From Chloroflexota bacterium (GTDB lineage Bacteria; Chloroflexota; Anaerolineae; Aggregatilineales; Ch27): a stretch of DNA of 64,000 nt. A program made the position numbers and the translations under genes. Below the pieces are notes generated by a model that was not told the DNA's origin, ran no database searches, and was given only the letters and a program-made list of their open reading frames with translations. Position 1 is the first letter of the stretch, and each line of letters opens with the position of its first letter. Shown piece after piece: positions 48,308 to 59,157 of this stretch. The stretch lies in assembly GCA_019873685.1 (NCBI GenBank), contig JAIOAT010000005.1, positions 65,428 to 129,427 on the forward strand, written 5' to 3'.

Positions 48308-48748
48308 ATGCACGAGACACTTCGCCATGCGCTGCGCCATGCCAGCCGCTATTCAGACGGGCGTAACTACTGCCTGGTGCATCTGCCGCCCCGCGCGATC
48401 ACTGCCGCGGCAGCTGTACTGGCGGAAAACGGCGAACCCTTCAGCGCCATCATTGTTGACAAGGATGAGGTCACGCTGGTGCTGGAAGCCGCCAGGCTGG
48501 AGGACTTCGCCCGCCGACTACCCGGTCACCAGGCCGCCTGCGACTATCGTTTGCTGACCTTCGATCTACCACTGGAGCATACGCTGGTGGGCTTTCTCAG
48601 CGTCGTAAGCGCATGCCTGGCGCAGCAGGACATCCCGATCATGGCGTTCTCCGCCTATCAGCGCGATCACCTGCTCATCCCGGCGGCGCACTTCGATCGG
48701 GCTATCGCTGCCATCCGCGCGCTCCAGTCGGAAGCTGATGAGCCGTAG
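48308..48748 (+). CDS. ACT-domain protein (ACT_7/CASTOR-type small-ligand-binding fold)
   Basis: 146 aa. The C-terminal half YRLLTFDLPLEHTLVGFLSVVSACLAQQDIPIMAFSAYQRDHLLIPAAHFDRAIAAIRAL fits the ACT beta-alpha-beta-beta-alpha-beta pattern. A strong AGGAGG RBS lies 6 nt upstream. Confidence 0.6.
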   Translation: MHETLRHALRHASRYSDGRNYCLVHLPPRAITAAAAVLAENGEPFSAIIVDKDEVTLVLEAARLEDFARRLPGHQAACDYRLLTFDLPLEHTLVGFLSVVSACLAQQDIPIMAFSAYQRDHLLIPAAHFDRAIAAIRALQSEADEP

Positions 48749-48801
48749 GCTGCCAGCACCGCCAAATGGACCGCGGGAATCTACCGGAGTAACGAACGAC
48801 C

Positions 48802-49164
48802 ATGTCATCCAATATCTTCTTCTTCGACATTGACGAACCACTCCGTCCGCCCGCTGAGGTGGAAATCACCGCGCTGACGGCTGAACCATACCCCGATGGC
48901 AGCCGCGTCCGCCTGACCCTCAAGATCACACCCTTTCAACAGCGTCCGAACCTGGAAATCTACGCTCGCAAGGTTGGCGGCCCCGTTGTGGCCGAGCTGA
49001 GCGTGATCGAGTCGATGACGCCTAACCTGGAGTTCACGCTCCACCTGCGCGGAGTCGCCGAGACTGCTGGCGATTACGTCCTGCGTGCCGAGCTATACTA
49101 CGCCGATCGCGCCAGTCCCCAGCACAGCCGCGAGATCACCTTCTCGATTCCCGCGCAGGATTGA
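48802..49164 (+). CDS. Hypothetical 120-aa beta-rich protein
   Basis: The ORF has coding-like composition and a GGAG 12 nt upstream. I recognise no family. Confidence 0.5.
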   Translation: MSSNIFFFDIDEPLRPPAEVEITALTAEPYPDGSRVRLTLKITPFQQRPNLEIYARKVGGPVVAELSVIESMTPNLEFTLHLRGVAETAGDYVLRAELYYADRASPQHSREITFSIPAQD

Positions 49165-49241
49165 TCCAGCCTTGCGCTGTGAATAGCGGTTGAGCGCACC
49201 GCCAATCGCCAGTATACTCGTGGAGTGGCAATCGCCACCCG

Positions 49242-51008
49242 GTGCGCAGCGATGGGCAAGGCTCGATAGTCTCCGTGGCCAAAAAGACGCTTGGCAAGTA
49301 CGAAATCCTGGAACGGTTAGGGCGTGGCGGCATGGCCGAGGTCTTTCGCGGCTATCACCCCGCCCTGGATCGCTATGTCGCCATCAAGCTCCTGCACACC
49401 TTTCTAGCTGACGATCCGGAATTCAAGTCGCGCTTCGAACGGGAAGCCCAGAATGTCGCCCGCCTCAAGCATCCCGGCATCGTCCAGGTCTACGACTTCG
49501 AATACGACGAGGCCAATGAGAGCTACTACATGGTCATGGAGCTTATCGATGGCCCAACGCTCAAAGATCGTCTCTTTGAGTTGAGCCAGGCCCATGATCA
49601 CCCGCCGCTGGAGGAAGCGCTGCGCATTGTGCGGGCTGCCGCTGACGCCCTGGCTTACGCTCACCGCCAGGGCATGATTCACCGCGATATGAAGCCGGCC
49701 AACCTGATGCTTGACCGCGATGGCCGTGTCGTGCTGACCGACTTCGGCATTGCCAAGATCGTCACCGGGGCGCAATTCACGGCTTCCGGCGGCATGGTGG
49801 GCACCCCCGCCTATATGGCCCCTGAGCAGGGCCTCGGCGAGGCTGGCGACGAACGTTCGGACATTTACTCGCTCGGTGTGATTCTCTTCCAGTTATGCAC
49901 CGGTCAGTTGCCCTTCGAGGCGGAAACGCCGCTGGCAACTATCCTCAAACATCTCCATGAACCGGTGCCTTCCCCTCGTGACCTGAATCCGGCGCTACCG
50001 CAGGACGTTGAAGCCATCATTCTCAAAGCCATGGCCAAAGAGCCATCGGAACGATTCCAGTCAGCCGCCGAGATGGTTGACCATATTGACGCGGCTCTGC
50101 AACGGCTCCAGCAGTCCTCCGGTGCTGCCGTTCCTGCCCTGCCATCTGCTGCAGGCAATCCAGTTAAGGCAACACCGCCGGGCGCTGATGCCCTGGCATC
50201 GCCCTATCCAGCGCGGGCTGGCTTCCGGGGTCGCTGGCTCCTGGCGGGGGTATTCGTCCTTCTGCTGATCGCGGGATGGTGGGGGGTCAACAGTGGCATG
50301 CTATCGCTCGGCCTGCTGGCTACGGCCACGCCAACGCTGACGCCCACCGCGCCGGCTACCCTAACACCTTCCGCAACACCGTCGCCTACACCTTCAGAGA
50401 CGCCCACCGGGACGCCAACGGCCACCCCAACGCCAACGCCCACGCTAACATTGACGCCGACTTTCACCGCTACGGCGACGCCCTCGGTGACGCCTTCAGC
50501 AACGCCCACACCGACCGTCACGCCAACCTTCACGCCTTCGCTGACGCCAACGCCTGACCTGACTCAAACCGTCGTCCAGGCCACCGTTCTGGCGGCCAAC
50601 ATGACGGCGACCACCAGCGCCTGCACATTTGACTACGCCATCATCCCGCCGGAGCGGGGAAGCGCCCAGTACCGCTATTACCCGGCCTACAGCGGTGGTA
50701 CAGAACCCGTTTTCCTGGAAACCGAAACCAGTTTTGTGTTCGAGATCACGCTTCTGAACACCGGTTCGTGTGCCTGGGAACGCAATACATCGCTAACCTT
50801 CATCGCCGGGGAAGCGTTCAACGCCGGGCCGCGCATCTTCCTCCGCGATCGCGTCGAAGTCGGCGCAGAAGCTACGCTGCGCTTCGAGGGGACGACGCCT
50901 ATGCGCGGGCAAGGCGGACCGCGCTCCGGAACCTGGGAACTGCGCACACCGGGTCAGATCCGGATCGGCGCCCCGCTCACCATTGCGATCTTCTCTTACG
51001 ACAAATAG
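49242..51008 (+). CDS. Ser/Thr protein kinase with TM, Thr/Pro linker and C-terminal Ig-like (NBR1-type) ectodomain
   Basis: [29 protein letters not shown] and [11 protein letters not shown] segment [16 protein letters not shown]. The C-terminal block [31 protein letters not shown] resembles NBR1-like Ig domains. The start (GTG 49242) is uncertain. Confidence 0.85.
   Translation: MRSDGQGSIVSVAKKTLGKYEILERLGRGGMAEVFRGYHPALDRYVAIKLLHTFLADDPEFKSRFEREAQNVARLKHPGIVQVYDFEYDEANESYYMVMELIDGPTLKDRLFELSQAHDHPPLEEALRIVRAAADALAYAHRQGMIHRDMKPANLMLDRDGRVVLTDFGIAKIVTGAQFTASGGMVGTPAYMAPEQGLGEAGDERSDIYSLGVILFQLCTGQLPFEAETPLATILKHLHEPVPSPRDLNPALPQDVEAIILKAMAKEPSERFQSAAEMVDHIDAALQRLQQSSGAAVPALPSAAGNPVKATPPGADALASPYPARAGFRGRWLLAGVFVLLLIAGWWGVNSGMLSLGLLATATPTLTPTAPATLTPSATPSPTPSETPTGTPTATPTPTPTLTLTPTFTATATPSVTPSATPTPTVTPTFTPSLTPTPDLTQTVVQATVLAANMTATTSACTFDYAIIPPERGSAQYRYYPAYSGGTEPVFLETETSFVFEITLLNTGSCAWERNTSLTFIAGEAFNAGPRIFLRDRVEVGAEATLRFEGTTPMRGQGGPRSGTWELRTPGQIRIGAPLTIAIFSYDK
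50320..50560 (+). repeat. In-frame Thr/Pro/Ala/Ser low-complexity repeat tract (linker of the kinase)
   Basis: Encodes [77 protein letters not shown]. The codon pattern is the same as at 45003-45440. Confidence 0.8.
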
Positions 51009-51082
51009 AGCAGGAAGTCCTGTCAACATACCAGGCCGGGCATGTTAGTGAACCGCCCGGCCCTGATCTGCTTTTCACCGCA

Positions 51083-51682
51083 TCAAGAGTGAGGGCTGCT
51101 GTCGGCGCTCCCATCCAGGCCCAGGTCAGCAGCAATGGCCTTCATGGCCTCCAGCACCAGCGGCACATGCTCTCCCCACAGATCCACGCCCAGCGCGGCG
51201 GCAGCATGTTCAATCTCTTCCCGGTTGACAGCGGCGGCGAAAGCCCTGTCTTTCCACTTCTTCTTCACCGACTTGATCTCAGTGATGTCACGGATGTCCC
51301 GGCTGGGCCGCACCAGCGCCACGGCCGTGAGGAAACCGGTCAATTCATCCACTGCCACAAGCGAACGCTCCAGCAGGGACTGAGGCTGCACACCGGTCCG
51401 CTCTGCCGCATGTGCTTCGATGGCCCGCACAATTCGCTCGTCAGCGCCCCGCTGCCGTAGATAGCGCACGCCCCACTTGGGATGCCCGTCCTCGGCGCTC
51501 ATATCCTGGTGTTCTTCGTAGTCAAAATCGTGAACGAGGCCGACCACACCCCATAGTTCCTCGTCCTCACCCCAGCGGCGGGCATAGGCGCGCATCGCCG
51601 CCTCCACCGCCAGCATATGGCGACGCAGCGATAGCGACTGTGTGTGTTCGGTGACCAGCGCCCAGGCCTGTGCGCGATCCAT
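51083..51682 (-). CDS. HD-domain (HDIG-type) metal-dependent phosphohydrolase
   Basis: RRHMLAVEAAMRAYA..GLVHDFDYEEH motif order (H..HD..D). 199 aa. Confidence 0.8.
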   Translation of the reverse strand: MDRAQAWALVTEHTQSLSLRRHMLAVEAAMRAYARRWGEDEELWGVVGLVHDFDYEEHQDMSAEDGHPKWGVRYLRQRGADERIVRAIEAHAAERTGVQPQSLLERSLVAVDELTGFLTAVALVRPSRDIRDITEIKSVKKKWKDRAFAAAVNREEIEHAAAALGVDLWGEHVPLVLEAMKAIAADLGLDGSADSSPHS

Positions 51683-51765
51683 ATTGTCTAACCCGCCTTT
51701 CCTTCCACAACCGTTATGAGCTAACAGGTCCTCATTGTAGCGCCCGGCTGGGATACAGCAACGCC

Positions 51766-51804
51766 ATACAAAACGGCGCCGCGGAGATCATGCTCCCGGC
51801 GCCG
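51766..51804 (-). terminator. Candidate Rho-independent terminator after the kor operon
   Basis: Minus strand: CGGCGCCG(GGAG) .. (CTCCG)CGGCGCCG stem (51804-51797 and 51781-51774) followed by TTTTGTATGG. Confidence 0.5.
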
Positions 51805-51828
51805 CCTGGCTGTCGTTCCCCGTTTCGA

Positions 51829-52386
51829 TCAGGCGCGGGCAACCAGTTGAGCTTGCGCCAGCTCCACCCCTTTGGTGATGGCCTCCAGGTTGAGCGCCAG
51901 CAAGTCCTGGCGTCGCTTGGGCAGCCGTTCGATGATCGTCTGGCGCAGCGTCTCCACGCTGACCACTGGCCGCGCTGCCAGCATGGCTCCCATCAGGATC
52001 ATGTTGGTCAGGCGCGTCTCGCCCAGCGCGTTAGCTGTCTCGGTAGCCGGGATGTTCAGGATGGTGATATCCTCGCGACGGGTCGTCGCCTCGACTATCG
52101 AGATATTGACCACCAGCAACCCACCTGGCTTGACCTGATCGCGGTACTTGATCATGGAGGGATTGTTAAACACGACCGCGATACTGGGTCGACTGACCAG
52201 CGGCGAGCCAATCGGCTCATCGCTGACCACAACCGTGCAGTTGGCGGTGCCCCCACGCATCTCCGGCCCATACGAGGGAATCCAGGTCACGTGCTTGCCC
52301 TCGTCCATGGCCGTGTACGCCAGCAACTGCCCGGCAAACAGCACGCCCTGCCCGCCGAACCCCGCAAAGATCACCTCTTCTTGCAT
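51829..52386 (-). CDS. korG: 2-oxoacid:ferredoxin oxidoreductase, gamma subunit
   Basis: The N-terminus [23 protein letters not shown] is the typical gamma-subunit opening. I moved the start to ATG 52386, which removes the overlap with korB. Confidence 0.85.
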   Translation of the reverse strand: MQEEVIFAGFGGQGVLFAGQLLAYTAMDEGKHVTWIPSYGPEMRGGTANCTVVVSDEPIGSPLVSRPSIAVVFNNPSMIKYRDQVKPGGLLVVNISIVEATTRREDITILNIPATETANALGETRLTNMILMGAMLAARPVVSVETLRQTIIERLPKRRQDLLALNLEAITKGVELAQAQLVARA

Positions 52387-52390
52387 GCCC

Positions 52391-53179
52391 TCACTCCCGG
52401 TCTTCCAGTGCCTTGACGGCATCGAGGACCTTATAGTCGCCCAGCGGGTAGTACGGCACCATGTGCTCTTCAACCCACTTCAGGGCATCCGGGGCAGATA
52501 GCCCCCAGTTGGTCGGGCACGCGGAGAGCAGCTCTACCATCGCAAAGCCCAGCCCTGCCTGTTGCACCCGGAAAGCCGTCTTGATCGCCTTCTTGGCCTT
52601 GCGAATCTCCCTGACGTTGTGCAACGAACGCCGCACCACATACGCACTGCCCTCAATAGCGGCGATCAGTTCGGTCATCCGGATCGGATTGCCGGCGATC
52701 GCGGGGTTACGGCCAAAGGGCGACGAGGTGGTACGCTGATCAGGTAGTGAGGTTGGCGCCATTTGCCCGCCGGTCATGCCATAGATCGCGTTGTTGATGA
52801 AGATGGTGGTGATGTGCTCGCCGCGAGCCGCCGCATGGATGATCTCGGCAGTGCCAATAGCAGCCAGATCGCCATCCCCCTGATAGGTGAAGACAATCCG
52901 ATCCGGCAGCGAACGCTTGATCCCGGTGGCCATTGCTGGCGCCCGTCCATGCGCCGCCTCCACCCCATCAACGGCGAGGTAGTCATAGGCGAACACAGCA
53001 CAACCTACCGGAGCGACCAGAATCGTCTGTTCCTGTATGCCCAGTTCGTCGATGACTTCGGCGATCAGACGGTGAGCGATCCCATGCGTACAACCGGGGC
53101 AGTAATGTGTCGAAATGGCTTCCAGAGCCTGTGGATGCTGGTAGACTACCGTTCTCACCAGGTCCTCGTGTAAAGTCAC
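52391..53179 (-). CDS. korB: 2-oxoacid:ferredoxin oxidoreductase, beta subunit (TPP-binding)
   Basis: YCPGCTHG Cys motif and TPP-binding [21 protein letters not shown]. Confidence 0.9.
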   Translation of the reverse strand: MTLHEDLVRTVVYQHPQALEAISTHYCPGCTHGIAHRLIAEVIDELGIQEQTILVAPVGCAVFAYDYLAVDGVEAAHGRAPAMATGIKRSLPDRIVFTYQGDGDLAAIGTAEIIHAAARGEHITTIFINNAIYGMTGGQMAPTSLPDQRTTSSPFGRNPAIAGNPIRMTELIAAIEGSAYVVRRSLHNVREIRKAKKAIKTAFRVQQAGLGFAMVELLSACPTNWGLSAPDALKWVEEHMVPYYPLGDYKVLDAVKALEDRE

Positions 53180-53190
53180 GGCATCCTCCT

Positions 53191-54273
53191 TTACCGCACA
53201 GTCTCCGGCCCGGCCAGGCCCAGCTTCTGCGCTACAGCCACGATATCCTCCAGAATATCTTCCGGCAGTGGCACCGCCCCGCCCAGCCGGCTGTGCAGGG
53301 CGATCGGCATTTCCCGCCCTACCACCAACCGCACATCTTCCAGCATCTGCCCCGCGTTCATCTCCACGACAACGATCGCCTCCACCCCATCATCAACCAG
53401 CGCGCGCAGCCGATCCTCCGGGAATGGCCACAGCGTAACTGGTCGGAACAGACCAACGGGGATGCCGGCTTCGCGGGCCATCTTCACGGCTGACTGTGCC
53501 ACCCGCCCGGAAGTGCCAAAACCGATAACCAGCACCTTTGCCCCTTCGATGTAATGCTCTACGCTACGCTGTTCACGGGCGCGGATGACCGCCAGGCGTG
53601 CCTGGATGCGGCGGTTAGCCGCTTCATTTTCTTCCGCCGTCAAATTGATCGAGGTGATCACATGCTTGCTACGCCCTTTGGCCCCGGTGATCGCCCAGTC
53701 CGGGCGTGGACGAATCGGGCGCATCTCCGGCATCTCAGCCGGTTCCATCATCTGACCGATCAAACCGTCGCCCACCAGCAGGACGACATGACGGTACTGA
53801 TCGGCCAGGTCAAAAGCCAGAAATGTGAGATCAATAGCCTCCTGCACCGACGCCGGAGCCAGCACGATGGGATGGTAATCGCCATGCCCGGCGGAACGTG
53901 TGACCTGGAAGTAATCCGCCTGAGAAGGCTGGATGTTGCCCAGTCCCGGCCCGCCGCGCATCATGTCCACCACCACGCAGGGCACTTCGGAAGCGGCAAT
54001 ATACGAAAGTCCCTCCTGCATCAGGCTAACGCCGGGGCTTGAGGATGATGTCATCGTCCGGACGCCGGTGCAGGCTGCCCCATAGACCATATTGATGGCC
54101 GCCACTTCGCTTTCCGCCTGCACAAAGACACGCCCCAGCTCGACCATCCGGGCGGAGAGATGCTCCAGCAGCTCGGTCTGCGGTGTAATCGGATACCCGA
54201 AGTAGGCCTCCAATCCCGCCCGCACCGCCGCCTCGGCAATAGCCACATTGCCTTTCAGCAGTTGCACGGTCAT
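53191..54273 (-). CDS. korA: 2-oxoacid:ferredoxin oxidoreductase, alpha subunit
   Basis: [29 protein letters not shown] opening and the [18 protein letters not shown] block. Confidence 0.9.
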   Translation of the reverse strand: MTVQLLKGNVAIAEAAVRAGLEAYFGYPITPQTELLEHLSARMVELGRVFVQAESEVAAINMVYGAACTGVRTMTSSSSPGVSLMQEGLSYIAASEVPCVVVDMMRGGPGLGNIQPSQADYFQVTRSAGHGDYHPIVLAPASVQEAIDLTFLAFDLADQYRHVVLLVGDGLIGQMMEPAEMPEMRPIRPRPDWAITGAKGRSKHVITSINLTAEENEAANRRIQARLAVIRAREQRSVEHYIEGAKVLVIGFGTSGRVAQSAVKMAREAGIPVGLFRPVTLWPFPEDRLRALVDDGVEAIVVVEMNAGQMLEDVRLVVGREMPIALHSRLGGAVPLPEDILEDIVAVAQKLGLAGPETVR

Positions 54274-54281
54274 CGCTCCCC

Positions 54282-54533
54282 CTACGCCATCACAGCCTGC
54301 AGCTTACCCGCAGGAACATCGCGATACACAGTAATGCACACATCAGGACAGATAACCGCGCAGATCGCGCAACCAGTACAGGCGTTATCAGGGTCCACAA
54401 GGACAGCCGGCGTATAGCCTTTCTCATTGACATGCCCGCTGGCCATCTGGATGATCCCCTTCGGGCAGGCTGTCGTGCAGAGCGTGCACCCTTTACAGCG
54501 CGCCTCGTTGATCACAATGGTGCCTGTCGCCAT
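54282..54533 (-). CDS. korD: 4Fe-4S dicluster ferredoxin-type delta subunit
   Basis: Two CxxCxxCxxxCP motifs: [12 protein letters not shown] and [13 protein letters not shown] chose the start at [13 protein letters not shown]. Confidence 0.85.
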   Translation of the reverse strand: MATGTIVINEARCKGCTLCTTACPKGIIQMASGHVNEKGYTPAVLVDPDNACTGCAICAVICPDVCITVYRDVPAGKLQAVMA

Positions 54534-54666
54534 CGACTCTCCTCTCGCATAGTCGCCGTTGCCAGGTGCCACCGGAGCTGGCCGCTCCTGCTTTTAGCAT
54601 AGGGCGGCCCTGGCAGTTCCATCAGTGGAAAAGCTCCGACCCCGTCCTGCACATTGTCACGAGTCA

Positions 54667-54684
54667 GCACAAACATAATTGTGC
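54667..54684. promoter_or_regulatory. Inverted repeat GCACAA-N6-TTGTGC (candidate operator) upstream of the kor operon; a related palindrome TGTGCACA lies at 54751-54758
   Basis: Read directly, within the AT-richer part of the 595-bp divergent kor / P-type ATPase intergenic region. Confidence 0.35.
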
Positions 54685-55128
54685 ATCTCATCCAATGCCA
54701 TTTACAAGTGTAGTCGCTGATCAGCCGTCCGGCAAGGTAACGTCAGCAAGTGTGCACAAAGCTGCCTGTTGATCGAGCTGTTGACGGGGGGATATACGCC
54801 ATTGTCGCTTCCGCAACGCTCATGCGGTAACAGCCACATACAGGCAAAGCGTCGCAGTATCGCCGCAGTGCCCGCTGATTGGCGTCTTCCCGGCGGACGC
54901 GGTACACTCGCCCGCGTTTGCCGCCCGCCGTGTGCGGGGCGGCAGCCCATGACGCCAGAGGCCACGCTTAGCCGACGTCACCACTTTCCAGACTGACACC
55001 CCCTAAGTATTGGGGGGATACCAGCCTGGAACGTTGACCGATCTTTCTGGAAGGATTACCCTGTTCGCAAGCAGGTCATAGTCAGCCGCTGGCCTGCGCA
55101 GTTATCGGCCTGACAGAGGAAGACAGTC

Positions 55129-57930
55129 ATGGCAGTTGAATTTGAACCCCATACGCACCCCGTCGCCGAAGTGGCTGAACAGCTGGGCAGCAATCCGGTC
55201 ACCGGTCTGACTGAGGAGGAAGCCAGTCGGCGACTTGCCCAATACGGCCCCAACGAACTGCGGGAGGAACCACCGCCTACGCTCCTGCAGATGCTCTGGG
55301 AGCAATTCAACAACTTCGTGGTCATCCTGCTCATTGTGGCCGCTGTAATTTCCGCCATCGTTGGCGCCTATACGGGGGAAGGATATACCGACGCGCTGGC
55401 TATCATCGCCATTGTGGCGCTGAATGCCATCCTGGGCATCGTCCAGGAAGGCCGCGCGGAAGCTGCACTGCGCGCCCTCAAGAAGATGACCGCTCCCGAA
55501 GCGCATGTAGTCAGGGATGGCAAAATCAGGACGGTTGCCGGACGGGAAGTCGTCCCCGGGGATGTCGTACTCCTGGACACCGGCAACTATGTCCCCGCGG
55601 ATGTCCGCCTGATTGAGGGCTTCAATCTGACTGTTGATGAATCGCCCCTAACCGGGGAATCCGTGCCCGTGCAAAAGCGGCCCGGCGATCTCCTGCCAGC
55701 GGATGCCACGCTCGGTGACCGCCGCAACATGGCATTTATGGGCAGTGTGGTTACCTATGGCCGCGGGCGCGGACTGGTCGTCAGCACCGGCATGCAGACC
55801 CAGATTGGCCACATTGCTGAGTTGCTGCAGAGCTATGATGAGCCGGCCACACCATTGCAGCAACGCCTCGATCAACTGGGCCGCTGGCTGGGCACAGCTA
55901 CCCTGATCATCTGCGCGGTCGTCTTTGGCGTAGGTCTCCTGCGCCTTGCGGCCGTCAACCCGATCAGCGACCCCGGCGCCTGGCTTGCAGTCCCGGCCAA
56001 CCAGGAAGCGCTGATTCAGCTGTTCATGACCGCCATCAGCCTGGCTATCGCCGCCGTGCCGGAGGGCCTGCCTGCCGTAGTGACCATCGCGCTGGCGCTA
56101 GGGATGCAACGCATGATCCGTCGCCATGTGCTGATCCGCCGCCTGGCCGCCGTGGAGACGCTGGGCAGCGCCAACGTCATCTGCTCAGATAAGACCGGCA
56201 CACTCACCACTAATGAGATGACTGTCGTCCGCGTCATGGTCGACGACCAGATTCTGACGGTCAGCGGCGAGGGCTACCGGCCAGAAGGCAGCTTCTCCTG
56301 CAACGGCCAGACGCTGGAGTCTGCCAGCAGCCCTACACTCCAGATGCTCGCACGCGGCGCCATGCTCTGTAATGATGCCGTCCTGGAGCATGACGGCGGC
56401 ACGCTGCGCCTGGTCGGCGATCCAACGGAAGGGGCGCTGTTGACCATGGCGATCAAAGCGGGCCTCGATGCCCGTCACCTGGCGGCAACCTGGCCGCGCG
56501 TTGCGGAAGTCCCGTTTGACTCCGAACGCAAGCGCATGACCACCATCCACCGCTTCAGCAACGGGCAGCCGGTCATCCATGCCTACACCAAAGGTGCGCC
56601 GGAACTGGTGCTTGAGCGCTGCGATACCTGCCTGATCAATGGCGAAGTGCAGCCGTTGGACGAGCGCAGGCGGGCCGCCATCCTGCAGACAAACGCTGAT
56701 CTCGCCGGGCAGGCGTTGCGCGTGCTGGCGATCGCCTACAGGCCGCTGGACTCCGTCCCTGAGGAACCGAACGCTGACGATATTGAACGTCATCTGACTT
56801 TCGTAGGCCTGGCTGCCATGCGTGATCCCGCCCGACCGGAAGTGCGCGATGCGATCCGCGTGGCTCGTGACGCTGGCATCCGCACGGTCATGATCACTGG
56901 CGATTACCCTGACACTGCCGCCGCCATCGCTGGCGAACTGGGGCTACTTGAGGGCCAGGATAGCCTGCTCACTGGCGCAGACCTCAGCCGGATTTCTGAT
57001 GAAGACCTGGCTCACCGTGCGTCAACTGTCTCCGTCTATGCCCGTGTCAACCCTGTGCACAAGATGCGCATCGTCGAGGCTATCCAGAGTCACGGGAATG
57101 TTGTCGCCATGACGGGCGATGGGGTAAACGATGCCCCTGCCCTCAAGCGGGCGCACATCGGCGTCGCAATGGGCATCACCGGCACCGACGTCAGCAAACA
57201 GACGGCGGATATGGTGCTGACTGATGACAACTACGCCAGCATCGTCGCAGCCATCGAAGAAGGCCGGATCATTTACGCCAACATCCGCAAGTTCGTTTTC
57301 TACCTGATCTCCTGCAATGTGGGCGAGATTCTAATCATCTTCGTATCCATGCTGCTGGGTCTGCCTCTGCCACTGCTGCCCATTCACCTGCTCTGGCTCA
57401 ATCTCGTCACGGATGGCGCGCCGGCGCTGGCACTGGGGCTGGAGCAGAAAGAGCCGGATATCATGCGGCAAAAGCCGCGCCCGGCGCACCAGCCGATCAT
57501 CACCCGCGACCTGTGGATCCTGACGGGCGTTCAGGCGGTAGTGGAGACCATCGCCACACTGGGCGCGTTTGTCGTTAGCCTGAATACGCTGGAGCCAGAC
57601 CCGGCTAATCCGCTCCTCTCGCGCACCATCGCCTTCACCACGCTGGTCGTGGCGGAGTTGTTGCGGGCTTTCACCGCGCGCTCGGAGCGTTTCAATGTCT
57701 GGCAGATCGGGTTGCTGACCAACCGCTGGATGGTCTATGCGGTTGGGGCCTCGCTTGTTCTGCTACTCGGGGTGATCTACCTGCCATTCCTGCAGCCTGT
57801 GTTCAACACCGTGCCGCTCACCGGCCAGCACTGGTTGACCCTGCTGCCCTTCACGCTCCTGCCCTCGATGGCAGCGGAGATCGCCAAATTCGTGATGCGT
57901 CGCCAGGGTCGGGTGCAGGCAGCGGCCTGA
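55129..57930 (+). CDS. P-type cation-transporting ATPase, type IIA (Ca2+-ATPase-like)
   Basis: TGES, phosphorylation site [28 protein letters not shown] and [21 protein letters not shown], with ten TM segments. 933 aa. Confidence 0.92.
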   Translation: MAVEFEPHTHPVAEVAEQLGSNPVTGLTEEEASRRLAQYGPNELREEPPPTLLQMLWEQFNNFVVILLIVAAVISAIVGAYTGEGYTDALAIIAIVALNAILGIVQEGRAEAALRALKKMTAPEAHVVRDGKIRTVAGREVVPGDVVLLDTGNYVPADVRLIEGFNLTVDESPLTGESVPVQKRPGDLLPADATLGDRRNMAFMGSVVTYGRGRGLVVSTGMQTQIGHIAELLQSYDEPATPLQQRLDQLGRWLGTATLIICAVVFGVGLLRLAAVNPISDPGAWLAVPANQEALIQLFMTAISLAIAAVPEGLPAVVTIALALGMQRMIRRHVLIRRLAAVETLGSANVICSDKTGTLTTNEMTVVRVMVDDQILTVSGEGYRPEGSFSCNGQTLESASSPTLQMLARGAMLCNDAVLEHDGGTLRLVGDPTEGALLTMAIKAGLDARHLAATWPRVAEVPFDSERKRMTTIHRFSNGQPVIHAYTKGAPELVLERCDTCLINGEVQPLDERRRAAILQTNADLAGQALRVLAIAYRPLDSVPEEPNADDIERHLTFVGLAAMRDPARPEVRDAIRVARDAGIRTVMITGDYPDTAAAIAGELGLLEGQDSLLTGADLSRISDEDLAHRASTVSVYARVNPVHKMRIVEAIQSHGNVVAMTGDGVNDAPALKRAHIGVAMGITGTDVSKQTADMVLTDDNYASIVAAIEEGRIIYANIRKFVFYLISCNVGEILIIFVSMLLGLPLPLLPIHLLWLNLVTDGAPALALGLEQKEPDIMRQKPRPAHQPIITRDLWILTGVQAVVETIATLGAFVVSLNTLEPDPANPLLSRTIAFTTLVVAELLRAFTARSERFNVWQIGLLTNRWMVYAVGASLVLLLGVIYLPFLQPVFNTVPLTGQHWLTLLPFTLLPSMAAEIAKFVMRRQGRVQAAA

Positions 57931-57955
57931 GGTCATCACAGTTCCCGAACATGCA

Positions 57956-57994
57956 CAGGGGCGTCCTTCGGAATGCGGGCGCCCCTGTTTCTTC
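57956..57994 (+). terminator. Rho-independent terminator after the ATPase gene
   Basis: CAGGGGCG (57956-57963) pairs with CGCCCCTG (57980-57987), followed by TTTCTTC. Confidence 0.6.
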
Positions 57995-58015
57995 GGTCTT
58001 GAGCAGTCGTGGCGG

Positions 58016-59102
58016 CTACGCCCCGACCCTACTCCTGAGGTACGCTTCCATAAATTCGTCCAGCCGTCCGTCGAGGACGGCCGTGGTGTTGCCCGTTTCG
58101 TAATCCGTCCGGTGATCCTTGACCATCTGGTACGGGTGCAGCACATACGACCGAATCTGGTTGCCCCATTCAGCTTCAACATGTTCCCCCTTCAGGGCCG
58201 CCAGCTGCGCTTCCTGCTTCTGCCGTTCCAGATCGAGCAAACGCGCCTTGAGCACCTGCATCGCACGTTCACGATTCTGGGTCTGGCTACGTTCATTCTG
58301 GCATGAGACTACGATCCCGGTCGGGAGATGGGTAATGCGAACAGCCGTCTCGTTCTTCTGCACATGCTGGCCGCCCGCGCTGCTGGCCCGGAACGTATCG
58401 ATCTGCAGGTCCTTCTCGTCGATCTGGATATCGATCTCGCCACGAATGTCCGGCCAGACCTCGACCAGCGCAAACGACGTGTGGCGGCGATTAGCGGCAT
58501 CAAATGGACTCAGGCGCACCAGTCGATGCACGCCGCGCTCCGCTTTGAGATATCCGTAAGCGTAATCACCGACTACGCTGATGGTCGTGCTCTTGATCCC
58601 GGCTTCGTCGCCTTCCGTCTCGCTCAGTATCTCAGTGCGGTAGCCATGCTGCTCCGCCCAGCGCAGATACATGCGCTGCAGCATCTGCGCCCAGTCTTGC
58701 GAATCCGTGCCTCCTGCCCCCGCATGGATGGCCAGCACCGCATCCTCAGCGTCATAGGGGCCGGAGAGCAGCGCCTGAAACTCCATCTGTGCCACGATTC
58801 CGGCCAGGCGGTCAGCCTCAGCGGCCAGTTCCGCATACATCTCCTCATCGCCGAGGGAGGCCAGTTCCAGCGCATCGTCAATCTGCTGGGCGATTCCCGT
58901 CCAGCGCTGAACCTCCTCCCGCAACCGGGCCAGCTGGCGCATCACCTGTTGCGCCCGCTCAGGCTCCGCCCAGAAGTCCGGCGCCGTAGACTCTTGTTCA
59001 AGGGCCTCAATTTGCTGCGCAGTCTTAGGGACGTCAAAGACGCTCCATAAGACTGCTGATGACATGACGCATATCGGTCAGACGTGTAGTTAGCTCTTCC
59101 AT
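58016..59102 (-). CDS. prfB: Peptide chain release factor 2, expressed through a programmed +1 ribosomal frameshift (frame 0: 59102..59037; frame +1: 59035..58016)
   Basis: The track ORF 58016..59065 carries SPF (RLSPFDA) and GGQ (SSAGGQHVQK). Upstream, the minus strand reads ATG GAG GAG CTA ACT ACA CGT CTG ACC GAT ATG CGT CAT GTC ATC AGC AGT CTT ATG GAG CGT CTT TGA C, i.e. 22 codons ending at the classical CTT TGA C shift site. The total length of 1087 nt equals 3n+1. Confidence 0.9.
59033..59039 (-). other. prfB +1 frameshift site CTT TGA C with upstream SD-like GGAG
   Basis: Read directly on the minus strand: ATGGAGCGT CTT TGA C. Skipping the T at 59036 joins ..MERL to DVPKTAQQIEALEQ.. 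Confidence 0.88.
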
Positions 59103-59157
59103 CTTCGCTTTACCCTTTCCGGTAACAGGCTGTTGGCCCCCCCCATCAGCCTGCGCA

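Noticed and set aside
54990-55128. Metal riboswitch (M-box or yybP-ykoY) in the P-type ATPase leader.
   Set aside because: I could draw hairpins but could not match the conserved loop sequences of either family from memory. It is kept only as a scan suggestion in the findings.
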